NCBI GenBank assembly: GCA_043228905.1
Contig: JBHGNT010000017.1
Coordinates: 2,852,001 to 2,916,000 of the forward strand
Length of the DNA: 64,000 bases
Direction of reading: 5' to 3'
From: Azolla caroliniana
Lineage: Eukaryota > Plantae > Polypodiophyta
The notes under the pieces were generated by a model that made no database searches, was not told the DNA's origin, and saw nothing but the letters and a program-made list of their open reading frames with translations. Of this stretch, positions 27,163-40,679 are shown piece after piece (within the stretch, counting starts at the first letter, position 1; each line of letters begins with the position of its first letter). The position numbers and the translations under genes were made by a program.

Positions 27163-30100
27163 AAGAGAATAAAGGCAGCCAAGTTTTGGGCATGATGTTG
27201 TTGATATTTCACCATTTGGTAGTTTGTATTTAATAATAGCACAATTTGAATGAAATTCGATAATGGTTCTGGTTGTGGTTCCTTCAATAACCAAAAATAA
27301 TTTTTTTGTGATACCTGGAACATAGTGAACGTTTGGAATACTCATTGACCTTGTTTGATTAATGGAAAGGTGAACTTCTCCTTTTCCAATTGCGGCTTTT
27401 GTGCCATTGTCTCCAAATCAAACTTCTAGGGCTTGTGGAAGAGTTTTATAATTGTGGAGCAAGTTCTTGTTGTGAGTGAGATGGTGTGTTGCACCAGTGT
27501 GAAGGAACCAAATATTTGAGGCATTCTTCGATTTTGCTACCACCATATACGATTCTATTTTGTTGGATCCACTTTCATCTTTTGTTTGTATTACTTCCAT
27601 CTCACATGTGAATGTTTGTATAAAATTGTTGTCTCCCTCTTCATATTCTTTAGTATTAGATTGTAATGAAGCATTGTTTCCTTGTGGAAAGAACCTTCTA
27701 CCTTTTCCCTCTTGGTCGTATTGTTTCTTTCGACACTCATGTTCAAGATGGCCCGGTTTGTTGCAATATCTGCAAAAAGCATTGTAGACATGGTGATTGC
27801 TCTCACTCCTCCTTGAGGAGGCTTATTCTTTGGAAGAAATTTCAGGAATGTCTTTGACTTGTGATAATTGCCTTTGTAATGGTGTCTCATGGACACCACC
27901 ATTGCCATGTGACTTCTCGTAACTATGGATGCTCACGAATGTGATCCATGATTCTGGCAAGGAACCCATTAGTATTTCACATCTTGATGTTCATCAATAA
28001 TGTTGCCTTATGAGATTGTGACATCTAGTTGTCTTTGCAAATTGCTTATGACGGTGTTGGTTGGTTCTCCTTCACGCATATCCATGTTCATTAGGGCTGG
28101 GCAAGAGAAGATTTTGATCGTACCATTAGAGGGTTGGTGTAATTGTTTGAAGATGATCCCACATTGCTCGTGCGGATCCAAAACTTCGAGCATGATCAAC
28201 TTGCCAATCACTTAGATGCATAAGTATCTCCATTCTCACATCTAGATCTCTACTTTTCCAATCACTCAATTCAGGTTCTATTGACGGAATGACTTCAGAA
28301 CCATTTACGATTCCTTTAAGATTTATTCTTTCGAGAATTAACTTGATTCTCGTTCTCCACATTCTATAATTGTGGTCTAAGAGTTTCTCCACCACATAAT
28401 TTCTTGCCATTTGATTTGTTGATGCAACATTAATTGGATTTCTGACAAATTCGGATTGGTTTTCCAACAAATTCTGATTGGTTTTCCGTATCGGTGGTCG
28501 ACGACATCTTGTATAGATTGTCCGGATCAATCTAATGTGATGTATGCCACTTATTTATTCACAGATTACTTATCTAACGTGATGTATGTCACTCGGATAC
28601 CATGTGAGAAATTAGAGAGAGACAGAGACAGAGAGATAGATTATATTATTGTCTTCGGAGGTCAAATATGACCTATGAGACCAAAAATATTACATTTCAC
28701 ATGATACATGTGAAGGTGAGTAGCAACTCTCGAAGTTCAAGAACTTTACCAATGAATGTTGCAATCAAGAGTGCACATCGTGGTTGTGAAAGAAATTTGT
28801 GCAAGGATTGGGCTCGATCGAAGAGATGTGGAAAGCATGGTCGAATATGATCAAAGGCAGAGCAATGTATCAAAGTGTGATACTCAGACTCTCGAACTTG
28901 TTTAGGGCAAAGTGTGCATAGTCGGCTACTCTCATCACTTGTGCCTCAACGCCCCGTCTCACATCTCAATACGTGCGAACTAAGTCATATGGAAGCAATG
29001 GTTCGAATGGTAGATATCGGGATGGGCTCTAACATGTATCGATGTGTACGGCTTCCCCGTTCTGCGAAGAATATGGTTTTGTAGTTAGGTGCAACATTGG
29101 TAGTATAATGTGTGAAGCGTGAGCCACCACATTTGTCGCATGTCATGATACATTGGCGTTGCAAAAAGGCCTCATTTACAAAGGAATCTAGTGACGCTGT
29201 AAAGAATAAAGAGATGGATTTTGTGCAGCGGAATAGATATGAACTATGTGCGTGTGTATGAGAGAGAGAGAGTGAGAAGTAAGACAGAGAATACGCAAGG
29301 TAAAGTATATTAACAAAGGAGAAAGATTCAACATTGTACAAGGTGGGAGGAGGGTGCTTTATATAGTCACCCTCTCTCTTCATTAACTACAAGACTAATG
29401 GAGCATGGGGAATGTGAAAGCTCATAAGTTATGTGTCATAGAATATGATTCTATGACTCATACTAAATGCTAGAATACAATGTGGTGACATAATGGTGAC
29501 TCTTGACCGTTGGAGTGTCTATTCACTCTCAAGGTGAGTTCACACACTAGACCAAGTTGAGCTTGATTCTCAACACGCCCCCTCAAGGTCAAGTTGGGTC
29601 GATTTCAGACGGTATCCGAAATCCGCTTCGACTCGCGTTCCGGAGTCTGCGTCGACTCGCATTTATGTGGAGTTGTAGAATCCGTGCTCCAGCTTGCGTT
29701 GTGCGTACTTGCGAAGTCTGTGCTTCGGCTTGCTTCTTTCTTCGTGGCTTCGTTGCGCGGTTGCAGAATCTACGCGTTATTGCGTAGTGTCTTCAGTACT
29801 CCCCCTCAAGCTTGGCAAGTCAGGGATTGTCAATCCGAGATCGGTCATGAATTGCCATAGCTTGTCGGCTCCTAAGGCTTTAGTGAAGATGTCGGTCGTT
29901 TGAAGATTGGTGCTAATGTGTTGTAGGTCGAAATCACCAACTAGAACACGCTCTCGGATGAAGTGATAGTGCACTTTGATGTGCTTTGTCCGCACGTGGA
30001 ACACCGGGTTTTGAGCCAAATAGATACTGCTCATGTTGTCGCAGTAAAGGGAAGTCAGATCCTTGATGGGTACGCCCAGATCCTTGAGTATCCTTTTGAG

Positions 30101-30599
30101 CCATACGGCTTCACATGTGGCCACTGCGGTGCCCTTGTATTCCGCCTCTATGCTCAAAAGAGCGACGGTTGGTTGCTTTTTGCTACTCCAGGATATTGCT
30201 CCGCTGTCGAGGGAAAAAACAAATCCGGAGGTTGATCTTTTGTCGGCTTTGTAGCCGGCCCAATCGGTGTTTGTGTACCCCTCGAGTCGTATTGGCATCG
30301 CGATCTTGTAGAGGATGCCACAATCCATTGTGCCACTCACGTATCGTAGAACACGCTTAGCGCAATCCAAGTGAGTATCACCCCGGGGGCTTCATTGTCA
30401 AAACTTGTATGATAGCACGTGAGTTCATCAAAAGGGGTTTAAATTAATCAATGAGATACAAAATATATATATATCTATAAGGGTATTAATAAAGATTTGA
30501 AAATATATTTACATAACGGTATTATCAATTATGCTGGAAAAAAAAATTACATAAGCCCATGAAATATTAGATATGTCAATGAGATAGTAAAGAATATAT

Positions 30600-31650
30600 T
30601 CTACAAATAATACTCAAATTTGGAGTAGCATATATATACATATATACATACATACATACATACATACATATACATGCATGCATATATACCTACATTCAAA
30701 CATACATCCATGAATATGTACACATACATTACACCCATTTATACATGCATACTGACTAAACATAAATATATGTACAATATATATTACCATATGTAAATAT
30801 GTACATACACATACATACATGCATTACATACTACATACATGTTAGAATCGGCCATATATATTGACATACATATATACATAATACATACATAAAAATTACA
30901 TATTACATATATACATACACATTCTTACAAATATATTTTATATATTACATATTACACACATATATTATTATACACACAATTATATACAAATGCAAATATA
31001 CAGACCAAACACAAAAAAATAAATTAAATTTTATATATATACACATATACACACATTCCATACATACAATACAATACAATATGTACATACATACACACAC
31101 AAGAATAACACACATCACACATCCATATCAGATACATGCATATATACCTACATTCAAACATTAAATCCATGAATATGTATATACATACATTACACCCATT
31201 TATACATGCATTTTAACTAAACATAAATATATGTACAAATATATATTACCATATGTAAATATGTACATATATATACATACTGCATACATATTAGAATCAA
31301 CCATATATATTGACATACATATATACATAATACATACAATAAAATTACATATTACATATATACATACACAAATGCATATATACATACAAAACACAAAAAA
31401 ATAAATTACATATTATATATACAAATACACATACATATTAATACCTAAGATTACATATTATATGTATACAAATCTTCATACTTACAAACAAGTTATATAT
31501 TTTACATATATATACACGTGCACACACACTTAAATAAATTAGATATTACATAGCATATAATCCATACCTATTACACAATATACAAATTTACACATAGATA
31601 TATTACATATGTAAATACATATTCCACATATCACCATATATATATATATG
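30600..31650. repeat. Degenerate (TACA)/(TA)n microsatellite field, left part
   Basis: Visible low complexity with an internal duplication of a few hundred bp. Confidence 0.9.
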
Positions 31651-31831
31651 TAGATTTATTTATTTTTTCCAAAATGAAGCTACTTTCCCATTAGTTAGGA
31701 ATGATTATTACATAGAGAGTCTACAAGGAGACTTATACACACATCGGGGAGTCTTCTTGTTGGGAGACAGGTCCCTCCGGATGGGAAGGGAGAAGAACAG
31801 TGCCGATGAACAAACTCGGCCGAGGCCGAAA

Positions 31832-32165
31832 CCGGATGACGAGTACCCGGCTACAGAGAGCCGGATGGTACAGACCCGGTGAAGACCGGATGACGAGTAC
31901 CCGGCTACGGAGAGCCGGATGGTACAGACCCGGTGAGAACCGGATGAGGAGTACTCGGCTACGGAGAGCCGGATGGTGCAGACCCGGTGAAGACCGGATG
32001 AGGAGTACTCAGCTACGGAGAGCCGGATGGTGCAAACCCGGTGAAGACCGGATGAGGAGTACCCGGCTACAAAGAGCCGGATGGTACAGACCCGGTGAGA
32101 ACCAGATGAGGAGTACTCGGCTACGGAGAGCCGGATGGTGCAGACCTGGTGAGAACCGGATGAAG
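31832..32165. repeat. 54-bp tandem repeat in the LTR U3 (one unit more than in the 3' LTR, 36757-37035)
   Basis: Units start at 31832 and 31886; the LTR ORFs differ by exactly 18 aa. Confidence 0.9.
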
Positions 32166-32639
32166 AGACATATTCCTAAATATGTTTATGAGAGTCCATC
32201 ATGGCTATATTTGTAAATAGCCGAAAAGTCCTATTAGTATAAATATGACTTAGGGCAAACTTTTAGTTGTGGTTGTTATTCTTGTCTACGCGAGACCAGA
32301 GTGCGTAACAGTGTACAGAGAGAGAGAGAGAGAGGAAGAGGTCATTGCCTCTTATTGTAACCGCCGCCTGTGGCGAAGATCGTGAGCACGAGGTCGTTGC
32401 CTCCGTGAATTCACAGTTGATATTCTAACATAGTGATAGTTTGCAGCCTGTGGGCTGTTGTGGTTTTTTCCCTAGTTTGGGTTTTCCAAGTAAACATCCT
32501 GTGTACTCATCTCTTTTTTGTGTCGAACATCTATTTCCCGTTTTTTGTGTATGATTCTAAGCTTGGTTGTGGCCGAGCATTGCGTATAGGGAGCGTGCAG
32601 CTCCCGTCAAGTGGTATCAGAGCGAAACGACACAGAAAA

Positions 32640-35600
32640 ATGGACGATTCGTTGGGAGGCATGTTCAAGCTCACCGGCTCCAACTATTCGGTGTGGAAGT
32701 CGAAGATGAGGGACATGCTCGTGGTTAAAGATCTTTGGTTGCCAGTTGAGTTTGGGAACAAGAGACCGGACAAAATCGACGCCACGATATGGGAGGTGAT
32801 GCACATGAAGACAACGGCGTACATACGGTGCTTCATTGACATGAGCCTGTACAACAACTTCAATGAAGAGAGCAAGGCTCATGAGCTCTGGGAGAAGATC
32901 GGCATTATGTTCCAAAACAAAAATGTTGTTAATCAGGTTTCGGTATTCCGGAAGCTAGTAAGACTCTGGTACCAAGATGGCTCCAGCATGGCGGAGCACA
33001 TGAATGCCTTCCAGGGGCTGATACACCAGGCAACGTCATTGGAAGTACCTCTCGCCGACGAGGTACTAGCACTACTCCTGCTTGGTTCCCTCCCGAACAG
33101 TTGGGAGACGTTGGTTGTCACTTTGGGCAACGCCGGGCCGGAAGGAAAATGGTTATCCCTAGCATGAGTGAAGTCGAGCTTGCTAGATGAGGAGGCGCGT
33201 CGGAAAGATAAGGATACGAGCTCCGACTCCAAAGCGCTCCTTACCCAATCGAAACGCGGAAGACACAGAAACCGTAGTCCCCAGAACCGGGAAAAGTCGG
33301 GGACACGGTCAAAGTCAAGGGGGAGACCTACTTGCTTCTATTGCGGAAAGCCGGGACACTTCCAGAAGAACTGTCGACATTTCCGGAAAGACAAGGAAAC
33401 CGACGGTACCGATTTGAAGCGGACACCGGACCGGAACGGTAAAGACCGGAGGGGGCCGGACCGGAAGGGGACAACGGCAATCGCGGCACGTGAAGAAGAG
33501 TTGATGCTCATCACTGAGGAGAGTGAGATAAACCTTGCCGGCGACGAGATGACCTGGGTGGTAGACTCTGGAGCGTCGTTCCACCTTACCCCGGACCGAA
33601 AATGCTTCTCATCCTACTGAGCTGGTGATCACAGTTGTGTCCGGATGGGGAATGAAGGTACATGCCGAATTGTCGGCATGGGAGACGTGTGGCTGTCAAC
33701 ACCAACCGGATGCAAGTTGTTGTTGAAGGATGTTCGACACGTTCCGGAGGTTCGACTGAACCTGATATCAGCCGGTCAGCTAGATGATGAAGGCTACACA
33801 TGTAGCATCCGGAACGGTGTCATGAAGTTCAGTAAAGGGAGCCTGATTGTGGCTCGGGCCCGGAAGTTCAACACTTTGTACCTTATGAATGCCCGGTTAT
33901 GTCCAGAGGAAGTGAACGTGGCATCCGACACTACCAGTGAGTTGTGGCACAAAAGGCTGTGTCACATGAGCGAGAAGGGGATGAAGAGGCTTGCAGACGA
34001 CAACCTCATTCCAGTGAAGAACGTGCACTTGGAGAAGTGCACTGATTGTCTGGCCGGTAGGCAAAACCAGACCTCCTTCCGATTAAGGCCACCGATGAGA
34101 CGTATTGCGCCACTAGAGTTGGTGCATACGGATGTATGCCAAGTGGACACGAAGTCACATGCAGGATCGCAGTACTTTGTGACGTTCATAGATGGCCACA
34201 ACCGGAAGCTGTGGGCCACACCATTGAAGACGAAGGATCAGGTGCTATCCGTCTTCAAAGAGCTCCACGCGAGAGTGGAAAGAGAAACCGGCCAAGAGCT
34301 GAAGGCAGTTCGAGCAGATAACGGAGGTGAATACCGGGGGCAGTTCGAGGAGTACTGTCGCTCGAAGGGAATCCGGCTCGAATTTATTGTGCCGAAGAAG
34401 CCGGAACTAAACGGGCTAGTCGAGAGGATGAACCGGACCATAATGGAGAGGGTCCAGAGTATGCTAGCACATGCAAAACTACCCAAGAAGTTTTGGGCTG
34501 AGGCATTGTCGACGGCGACATATGTGATAAATAGATCACCCTCAGTACCCTTGGACGGAGACACACCACAGAGAGTGTGGACAGGTAAGGAAGTATCCTA
34601 CCGGCATCTGAAGGTGTTCGGGTGTCTCGCGTACGTGCATGTGGCTAAGGACCAGAGAGGAAAGTTAGATCCAAAGACCCGACCATGCATATTCCTCGGT
34701 TATGGTGACGATGAGTTTAGCTACCGAGTGTGGGACCTGGTCGACAAGAAGGTATTCCGGAGTCGAGATATTATCTTCATGGAGGACAAGACACTCGCCG
34801 ACTGGGAGTCGGAGAAGAAGATAATGAACTCCGAGTAGACCGGTAAGGATAGACTCTACAATGAACAGACCCAACTGGCAAGAGACCGGTTAGCACTCGA
34901 GGAGCCAGCCGGTTACAGTGAGGATATCGAACCGGCAGAAGAAGAAGTAGAGGAAGCTGAAACCGGAACCGGCCAAGACCTCGAATCAGATTCGGATGAA
35001 GAGCAAATGGAGGAGTCGGTTACCGAAGCCCACAGACGGAGATATCCTCTCAGAGAGAGAAGGGCGCCCCGGAGATTTCCGGATGCAGAGCATGTTCTGC
35101 TGACCGATGAGGGGGAGCCGGAAAGCTTCGAAGAAGCGAAGGATGACACCCACAGCCGCAAATGGTTAAGTGCCATGCAGGATGAGATGGACCTGCATGA
35201 GAACCATACGTACGAATTGGTGGAGTTGCCGAAAGGAAAGCGGGCACTCCGAAATAAGTGGGTCTACAAGTTGAAACCAGGAGATGCTGGCAACCCCCCG
35301 AGATACAAAGCCAGGATCGTGGTGAAGGGGTTCCAGCAGAAGAAGGGCGTGGACTTCAACGAGATATTTTCCTCGGTAGTAAAGATGACCTCCATCCGGA
35401 TGGTGCTGAGTATAGCGGCAAGCATGGACCTCGAGGTAGAGCAGCTGGACGTGAAGACGGCATTCCTTCACGGCGACCTCGAAGAGGAGATCTACATGCA
35501 GCAACCGGAAGGATTCATGGAGAAAGGAAAGGAGCACCTGGTTTGCCGGTTGAAGAAGAGCCTCTACAGGTTGAAGCAGGCCCCCCGGCAATGGTACCAG

Positions 35601-36672
35601 AAGTTCGACTCCTTCATGACCGATCAAGGGTACCACAAGACGCAGGCCGATCACTGCGTGTTTGTGAAGAAGTTCGAAGGAGGCGACTTCCTGATACTCC
35701 TTCTGTACGTGGATGACATGTTGATCGTCGGACGGGACCAAGTCGAAATACGGATGCTGAAGAAGGCCCTAAACCGGACCTTTTCAATAAAAGACTTGGG
35801 TCCAGCAAGACAGATGTTGGGGATGCATATCATCCGGAACCGGTCAATGAAGCAACTGTGGCTGTCACAGGAGAAGTACGTGACAAAGGTGCTTCAGCGG
35901 TTCAACATGTCAGATGTGAAACCGGTCGGATCCACACTTCTGGCAAACTGCAGGTTATCCGGTAAGCAAAGCCCGAAGACGAAAGAAGAGAAGGCGGATA
36001 TGATGAAGATTCCATACGCCTCTGCCGTCGGCAGCTTAATGTACGCAATGGTTTGTACCCGACCGGATATAGGATAGGGTGAGCCCGTTTATGAGCAATC
36101 CCGGCAAGGAGCACTGGAACGCGATCAAATGGATACTCCTGTACTTGAAGGGCACTTCGAATATGTGTCTTCGATTCGGCTCCGGAAAACTTCAACTTGA
36201 CGGTTTCACCGATTCGGACATGTCGGCTGATGTGGATACCAGCCGGTCTACATCCGGGTACGTAATGACATATGCAGGGGGAGCTGTATTGTGGCAGTCG
36301 AGGCTACAGAAGACGGTTGCATTGTCAACCACGGAGGCGGAGTACATGGCGGTTGTGGAAGCCGGCAAGGAAATATTATGGATGAAGGACTTCATCGGAG
36401 AGCTCGGTATCCGGCAAGATGAATACCGGCTCTATTGCGATAGTCAAAGTGCCATCCATCTTGCTAAGAATGCGGCCTACCATTCCCGGACGAAGCATAT
36501 CCAACGAAGATATCACTGGATCCGGGAAAGAGTAGATGACCAGGAGTTCGCACTGACGAAGATCCACACAGCCGAGAACGGGTCAGATATGCTGACCAAA
36601 GTGCTGATACCCGACAAGCTGGATGCATGCCGGAAGAGGATCGGACTAGTAAGACACCCCATGCCGGAGTGA
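32640..36672 (+). pseudogene. Copia gag-pol polyprotein with premature stops
   Basis: CFYCGKPGHFQKNC, VVDSGASFH, VHTDVC, RADNGGEY, YVDD, FTDSD, RTKHIQRRYHW; several stops look like CGA>TGA. Confidence 0.94.
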
Positions 36673-37577
36673 AGGGGGAGTTTGTTGGGAGACAGGTTCC
36701 TCCAGATGGGAAGGGAGAAGAACAATGCCGATGAACAAACTCGGCCGAGGCCGAAACCGGATGACAAGTACCCGGCTACGGAGAGCCGGATGGTACAGAC
36801 CCGGTGAAGACCGGATGAGGAGTACCCGGCTACGGAGAGCCGGATGGTACAGACCCGGTGAGAACCGGATGAGGAGTACTCAGCTACGGAGAGCCGGATG
36901 GTGCAGACCTGGTGAAGACCGGATGAGGAGTACCCGGCTACGGAGAGCCGGATGGTACAGACCCGGTGAGAACCGGATGAGGAGTACTCGGCTACGGAGA
37001 GCCGGATGGTGCAGACCCGGTGAGAACCGGATGAAGAGACATATTCGTAAATATGTTTCTGAGAGTCGATCATGGCTATATTTGTAAATAGCCGAAAAGT
37101 CATATTAGTATAAATATGACTTAGGGCAAACTTTTAGCTGTGGTTGTTATTCTTGTCTACGCGACACCAGAATGCGTAATAGTGTATAGAGAGAGAGAGA
37201 GAGAGAGGAAGAGGTCGTTGCCTCTTATTGTAACCGCCGCCTGTGGCGAAGATCGTGAGCACGAGGTCGTTGCCTCCGTGAACTCACTGTTGTACATTCT
37301 AACATAGTGATAGTTTGCAGCCTGTGGGCTGCCATGGTTTTTTCCCTAGTTTGGGTTTTCCACGTAAACATCCTATGTACTCATCTCTTTTCTGTGTCGA
37401 ACATCTATTTCCCGTTTTCTGTGTATGATTCTAAGCCTGGTTGTGGCCGAGCGTTGCGTATAGGGAGCGTGCAGCTCCCGTCACTTCCTCCGATCAAGTA
37501 AAAGAAGATGAGCCTACTTACAATGCCTTGCGGCCTAACTTAATGTAAGAAGCTACCTATATCTAAGGCGATGCCCT

Positions 37578-37873
37578 TCAATGTTTCCTAGTACGAGTCG
37601 GCTCTTGGGGCCTACAACGAAGAGAGGGTGGCAGGTGAGTAGGAAACAACCAGTGTGGGGGCTGGTAATTCCACCTCGGGCTACTCCCGCCTTGCATCAC
37701 CATAGTTGTGTTCTTCCATTTCTGCCAAAAGCGCAACCGGGCATAGATCACGTCGTTGGAGTGGCTGCAAATCTCTTCTAGTTGCCCTCGTAGGCAGCTG
37801 ATAATCACGAACCATATGTCCATGATCACTTCCTCCGAGGGCCGTACCGTACCTTGTAAAACCTTGAGGCACC
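37578..37873 (-). pseudogene. LINE ORF2 C-terminus
   Basis: Continues the frame WYIWKA|RCLKVLQ across the GCGC TSD; ends WNYQPPHWLFP, like 52778-53071. Confidence 0.8.
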
Positions 37874-37973
37874 GCGCTGTCGTGACGATTTTCGGCTACG
37901 GTGTGAAACCGAGTGAGACGAATAAACCAAGGATGTGCAACATTGCACATAAACTTAGTAAATAAGCCTCCTA

Positions 37974-38067
37974 AGGCCTAGTGGCACTTGAGTTCATACA
38001 GAGGGGTGCAAGCAAGGTTTGAACCTTGCACCTCTAAGATACAAGATAATTGCTTTACCACTAGGAC
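37974..38067 (-). promoter_or_regulatory. tRNA-like A/B-box module in the LTR (also ~40847-40940)
   Basis: Minus strand: GTCCTAGTGGTA (from 38067), 32 nt, GGTTCAAACC (38025-38016) in hairpin GCAAGG/CCTTGC; a second A-like box GGCCTAGTGG on the plus strand at 37975-37984. Confidence 0.6.
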
Positions 38068-38531
38068 AACTATCATATAGTGTAAATTTTATGTATTTCC
38101 TTTTCATATACAAATTATAGACGAAACAACCATAGAAAACCATGTGCACAAAACCATGGTTTTAAACCCATGGTTTGTGCATGACATAAGCGAAACCGTG
38201 TGCACAAAACCATGGTTTTAGCCCATGGTTTTGTGCATGTCACAAGCATGGAAAGACCTATAAAAGCCTCTAGTTGGGCTTGTGTAAGGGGGGCTCAATA
38301 TGTGATATCACCAACACCACTATCATGAATATAATTATATTTGTCTTTATCTTCTTCATGTTTTTCTACTTCTCAAGTGTACAATCTTTCTTCTTCTCAA
38401 GTGAACAAATTTCATCCAATCTTACATTGATCGTCATCTAACGTCGATAATTCCGCGAACGTCCTCCCCAGTCCAAGACCCCGGTGGTCGCTCGAGTAGC
38501 ACACGCACGCGCGAATCTTCGCGACATCATT

Positions 38532-38549
38532 TGGTGAACCCGACGTGAA
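38532..38549 (+). promoter_or_regulatory. Primer binding site, tRNA-Trp
   Basis: TGGTGAACCCGACGTGAA is complementary to the 3' end of plant cytosolic tRNA-Trp (..TTCACGTCGGGTTCACCA, from memory); 5 nt from the LTR. Confidence 0.85.
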
Positions 38550-38570
38550 GAGCAGCAGGGGAGGACGAAG

Positions 38571-40679
38571 ATGGATGGCGAATATCTCATGGAGGCAATG
38601 TCAAAAAGGATGATGGAGTTTCTGAGAGAAGGGAAAAGAAGAAATGAAGCCCAACAAGCCGTCGACAAGGTAGTCGAACGAATGAGCTATTTCAACGGTG
38701 CCGAAGTCCAAAGTTTCCTAAAAGTCTACAATGCGGAGATGGATTCAAGAGGTGTGGACAAAGCTATGAGGCTAGAGTACTTTTGTCGGGTGGTGTCTCA
38801 ACCGATCTTCAAAGATGTAAAAGAGCTTCTAGAAGCTCATGATTCGTGGGCGACTTTCGAGAAGGCTCTATTGGAGGAATATGGCTATGAGAGACTGAAG
38901 GGACGAGATCGACGCAACTTCGACCAATGGGTGACATCAGCGAAGACCCACCAAGGTGCGACACAAGCATTCGTAGACTTCGAGCATCATTTTTCTCAAT
39001 TGTCGGAGCGGGAACAAAGATTGGTGGGGGTCGATAAGGTCCTTATGTTCGTGAAGTCAATCGATCGAATGGAAAGGATGGCGATCGGCCTCAAACTCGA
39101 AGAAGATGATGGTGCAAATGGCCTCATCGAGGATTGGAGCAAAGTGGAAAGTGTATGCCGACAACATGATAAGGAGCAAGCGAGAATATCGACGACAACA
39201 AGACGGCCTATGAGGGACGACCGAAGAGGGACGAGATGCAACAACGCACCACCAACAAAAGAAATGAAGCTTAAAAGGGATACAAAACCGAGGCGAATGG
39301 TGATCGAGGAAAGGACCTCCCAACAAATGTGGGTTAATGAAGTGGCCGATACAAAGGCTCTGGTTCGGTATGACGGTACCGAGAGAGAAGGTGTGAAACA
39401 AGTCACCTTCTTGTCTTACAAAGAAACGACGACGAAGGAGGAGGCCGATGACTCGAGGACGGCGAACGCCACTTCGAGGGAGGATAAATGTTTCGGAACA
39501 CGCATTGTGTACGAAACATCGGGTGATGAAGGCGCAAGCATGAGAAAATCTTGCATGATCGAGGGAGATAAAGTGTTTGAGTATGAAGAGATTGAGGAGG
39601 TATCCATGACAAACGACATCAAGTCGGAGGTGGCTATGGACGAGTCGACAACGGATAGCCATGTCAAGACTTTCTCCACGATTGCTCCAGAGACTTCGGC
39701 GGTTGCACCCGTGTGCCAATGTGAGACCGGAGAGACGGAAGGTGGTGACGGGAAGACGAAGGCCCAACACAAGGAGGAAGAAGATCGAGGAAGAAAGGAT
39801 ATCCCCACACCTATTCTAGAGACTTCGGCGGTTGTGCACGTGCGCCAACGTGAGACCGAAGAGACGGAATGTGTGGACAAAAAAGAGGACGACCGGAAGG
39901 GCGATGAAGAAGACAAGGTAAATGTGCATGAGCGAAGGGATTCCTTCACACTGGTTCCGGAGACTTCGGCAGTCGAGACCGTGTGTCAGCATAAGACCGA
40001 AGATAAAGGAGGTGGCGAAGAGGAGACAATATGGCTCGCGGCGAGCATACATGGAGGGAAGGATATGGCCGACGAGCAGGCCAAGGATGAAGCCGCAGTT
40101 GAGTTCGATGGAGAGGTTACATGCGGGAAGGAAGGAAGAGTCGAGAACCGGTCGAACCGGAAGACGATCCGTCCGAGATTCCGGCCCGATCGAAGGAAGA
40201 TCCACATGGGAGCCGATCGACCGGGGCCGACCCGGCTGAAACTTGATTCGGCGAAAATCGATCGAACGATTCCAATCCAAAAGGGGGTCGACCCAGCCAG
40301 AATCAATTGGTCGAGCCCGACTCGGGGAAAAGCGAATGTAGACGAAGGCCAACTGAGCCAAGCAGCGATCGGCGAAGACCGATCAAGACAAGGGCAAACC
40401 TGGCATAATCGGAGATCGACACGGACGATCCACAACACCCAGTTGAAGACGGTGAGCGCGAGGAGTGGCCAGGAGTCCAATCGAAGGACACGCGCGGTGG
40501 ACGAAGGAAGACCAGTCGGATCGACGACATCGTTCGGTAGATCTACTACAACCGATCGGGGAAGAAGGTGTGAGCGCCGGATATGGTGGATCGGGTGGCT
40601 ACGGTGGTTCGGTTGGAAAGATTGCGCATACTCGAAGTGGAAGACGAAGTCAGACGAGCGTGAAGAGGAACTCGGTTGA
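38571..40679 (+). CDS. 702-aa gag-like protein with a long acidic/repetitive C-terminal extension
   Basis: Open ORF between PBS and PPT; gag-like N-terminus (YFNG.EV..FL..Y...SW..FEKALLEEY); three PETSAV-type repeats; Arg-rich tail. Confidence 0.7.
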   Translation: MDGEYLMEAMSKRMMEFLREGKRRNEAQQAVDKVVERMSYFNGAEVQSFLKVYNAEMDSRGVDKAMRLEYFCRVVSQPIFKDVKELLEAHDSWATFEKALLEEYGYERLKGRDRRNFDQWVTSAKTHQGATQAFVDFEHHFSQLSEREQRLVGVDKVLMFVKSIDRMERMAIGLKLEEDDGANGLIEDWSKVESVCRQHDKEQARISTTTRRPMRDDRRGTRCNNAPPTKEMKLKRDTKPRRMVIEERTSQQMWVNEVADTKALVRYDGTEREGVKQVTFLSYKETTTKEEADDSRTANATSREDKCFGTRIVYETSGDEGASMRKSCMIEGDKVFEYEEIEEVSMTNDIKSEVAMDESTTDSHVKTFSTIAPETSAVAPVCQCETGETEGGDGKTKAQHKEEEDRGRKDIPTPILETSAVVHVRQRETEETECVDKKEDDRKGDEEDKVNVHERRDSFTLVPETSAVETVCQHKTEDKGGGEEETIWLAASIHGGKDMADEQAKDEAAVEFDGEVTCGKEGRVENRSNRKTIRPRFRPDRRKIHMGADRPGPTRLKLDSAKIDRTIPIQKGVDPARINWSSPTRGKANVDEGQLSQAAIGEDRSRQGQTWHNRRSTRTIHNTQLKTVSARSGQESNRRTRAVDEGRPVGSTTSFGRSTTTDRGRRCERRIWWIGWLRWFGWKDCAYSKWKTKSDEREEELG

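Larger units (their letters stand above)
18681..28963 (-). mobile_element. Old Ty1/copia element D with several insertions; 5' LTR 28603-28963
   Basis: LTR TGTGAGA...TCTCACA; PBS TGGTATCCGAG 28602-28592; gag ~28400-27700 with a CCHC knuckle, WFLHTGATHH, INT 26680-25900, RT pieces 22280-20146 (YVDD), RH 19290-18681. Confidence 0.85.
31758..37483 (+). mobile_element. Full-length Tnt1/Tork-like copia (LTRs 31758-32609 and 36683-37483)
   Basis: TG...CA LTRs; TSD CTTCT/CTTCC; PBS TGGTATCAGAGC 32612-32623; PPT gaagggggag; inserted in the LINE 3' UTR. Confidence 0.96.

Noticed and set aside
28964-29197. CxxC-containing snippet (CIMTCDKCGG) between two copia LTRs
   Set aside because: Too short to assign; the ORF start lies in an LTR.
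31800-32216. Repetitive RRAGW ORF (also 36725-37087)
   Set aside because: Translation of a 54-bp LTR tandem repeat; no evidence of coding function.
38571-40679. env-like or captured host gene
   Set aside because: No signal peptide or clear transmembrane segment; it occupies the gag position right after the PBS.
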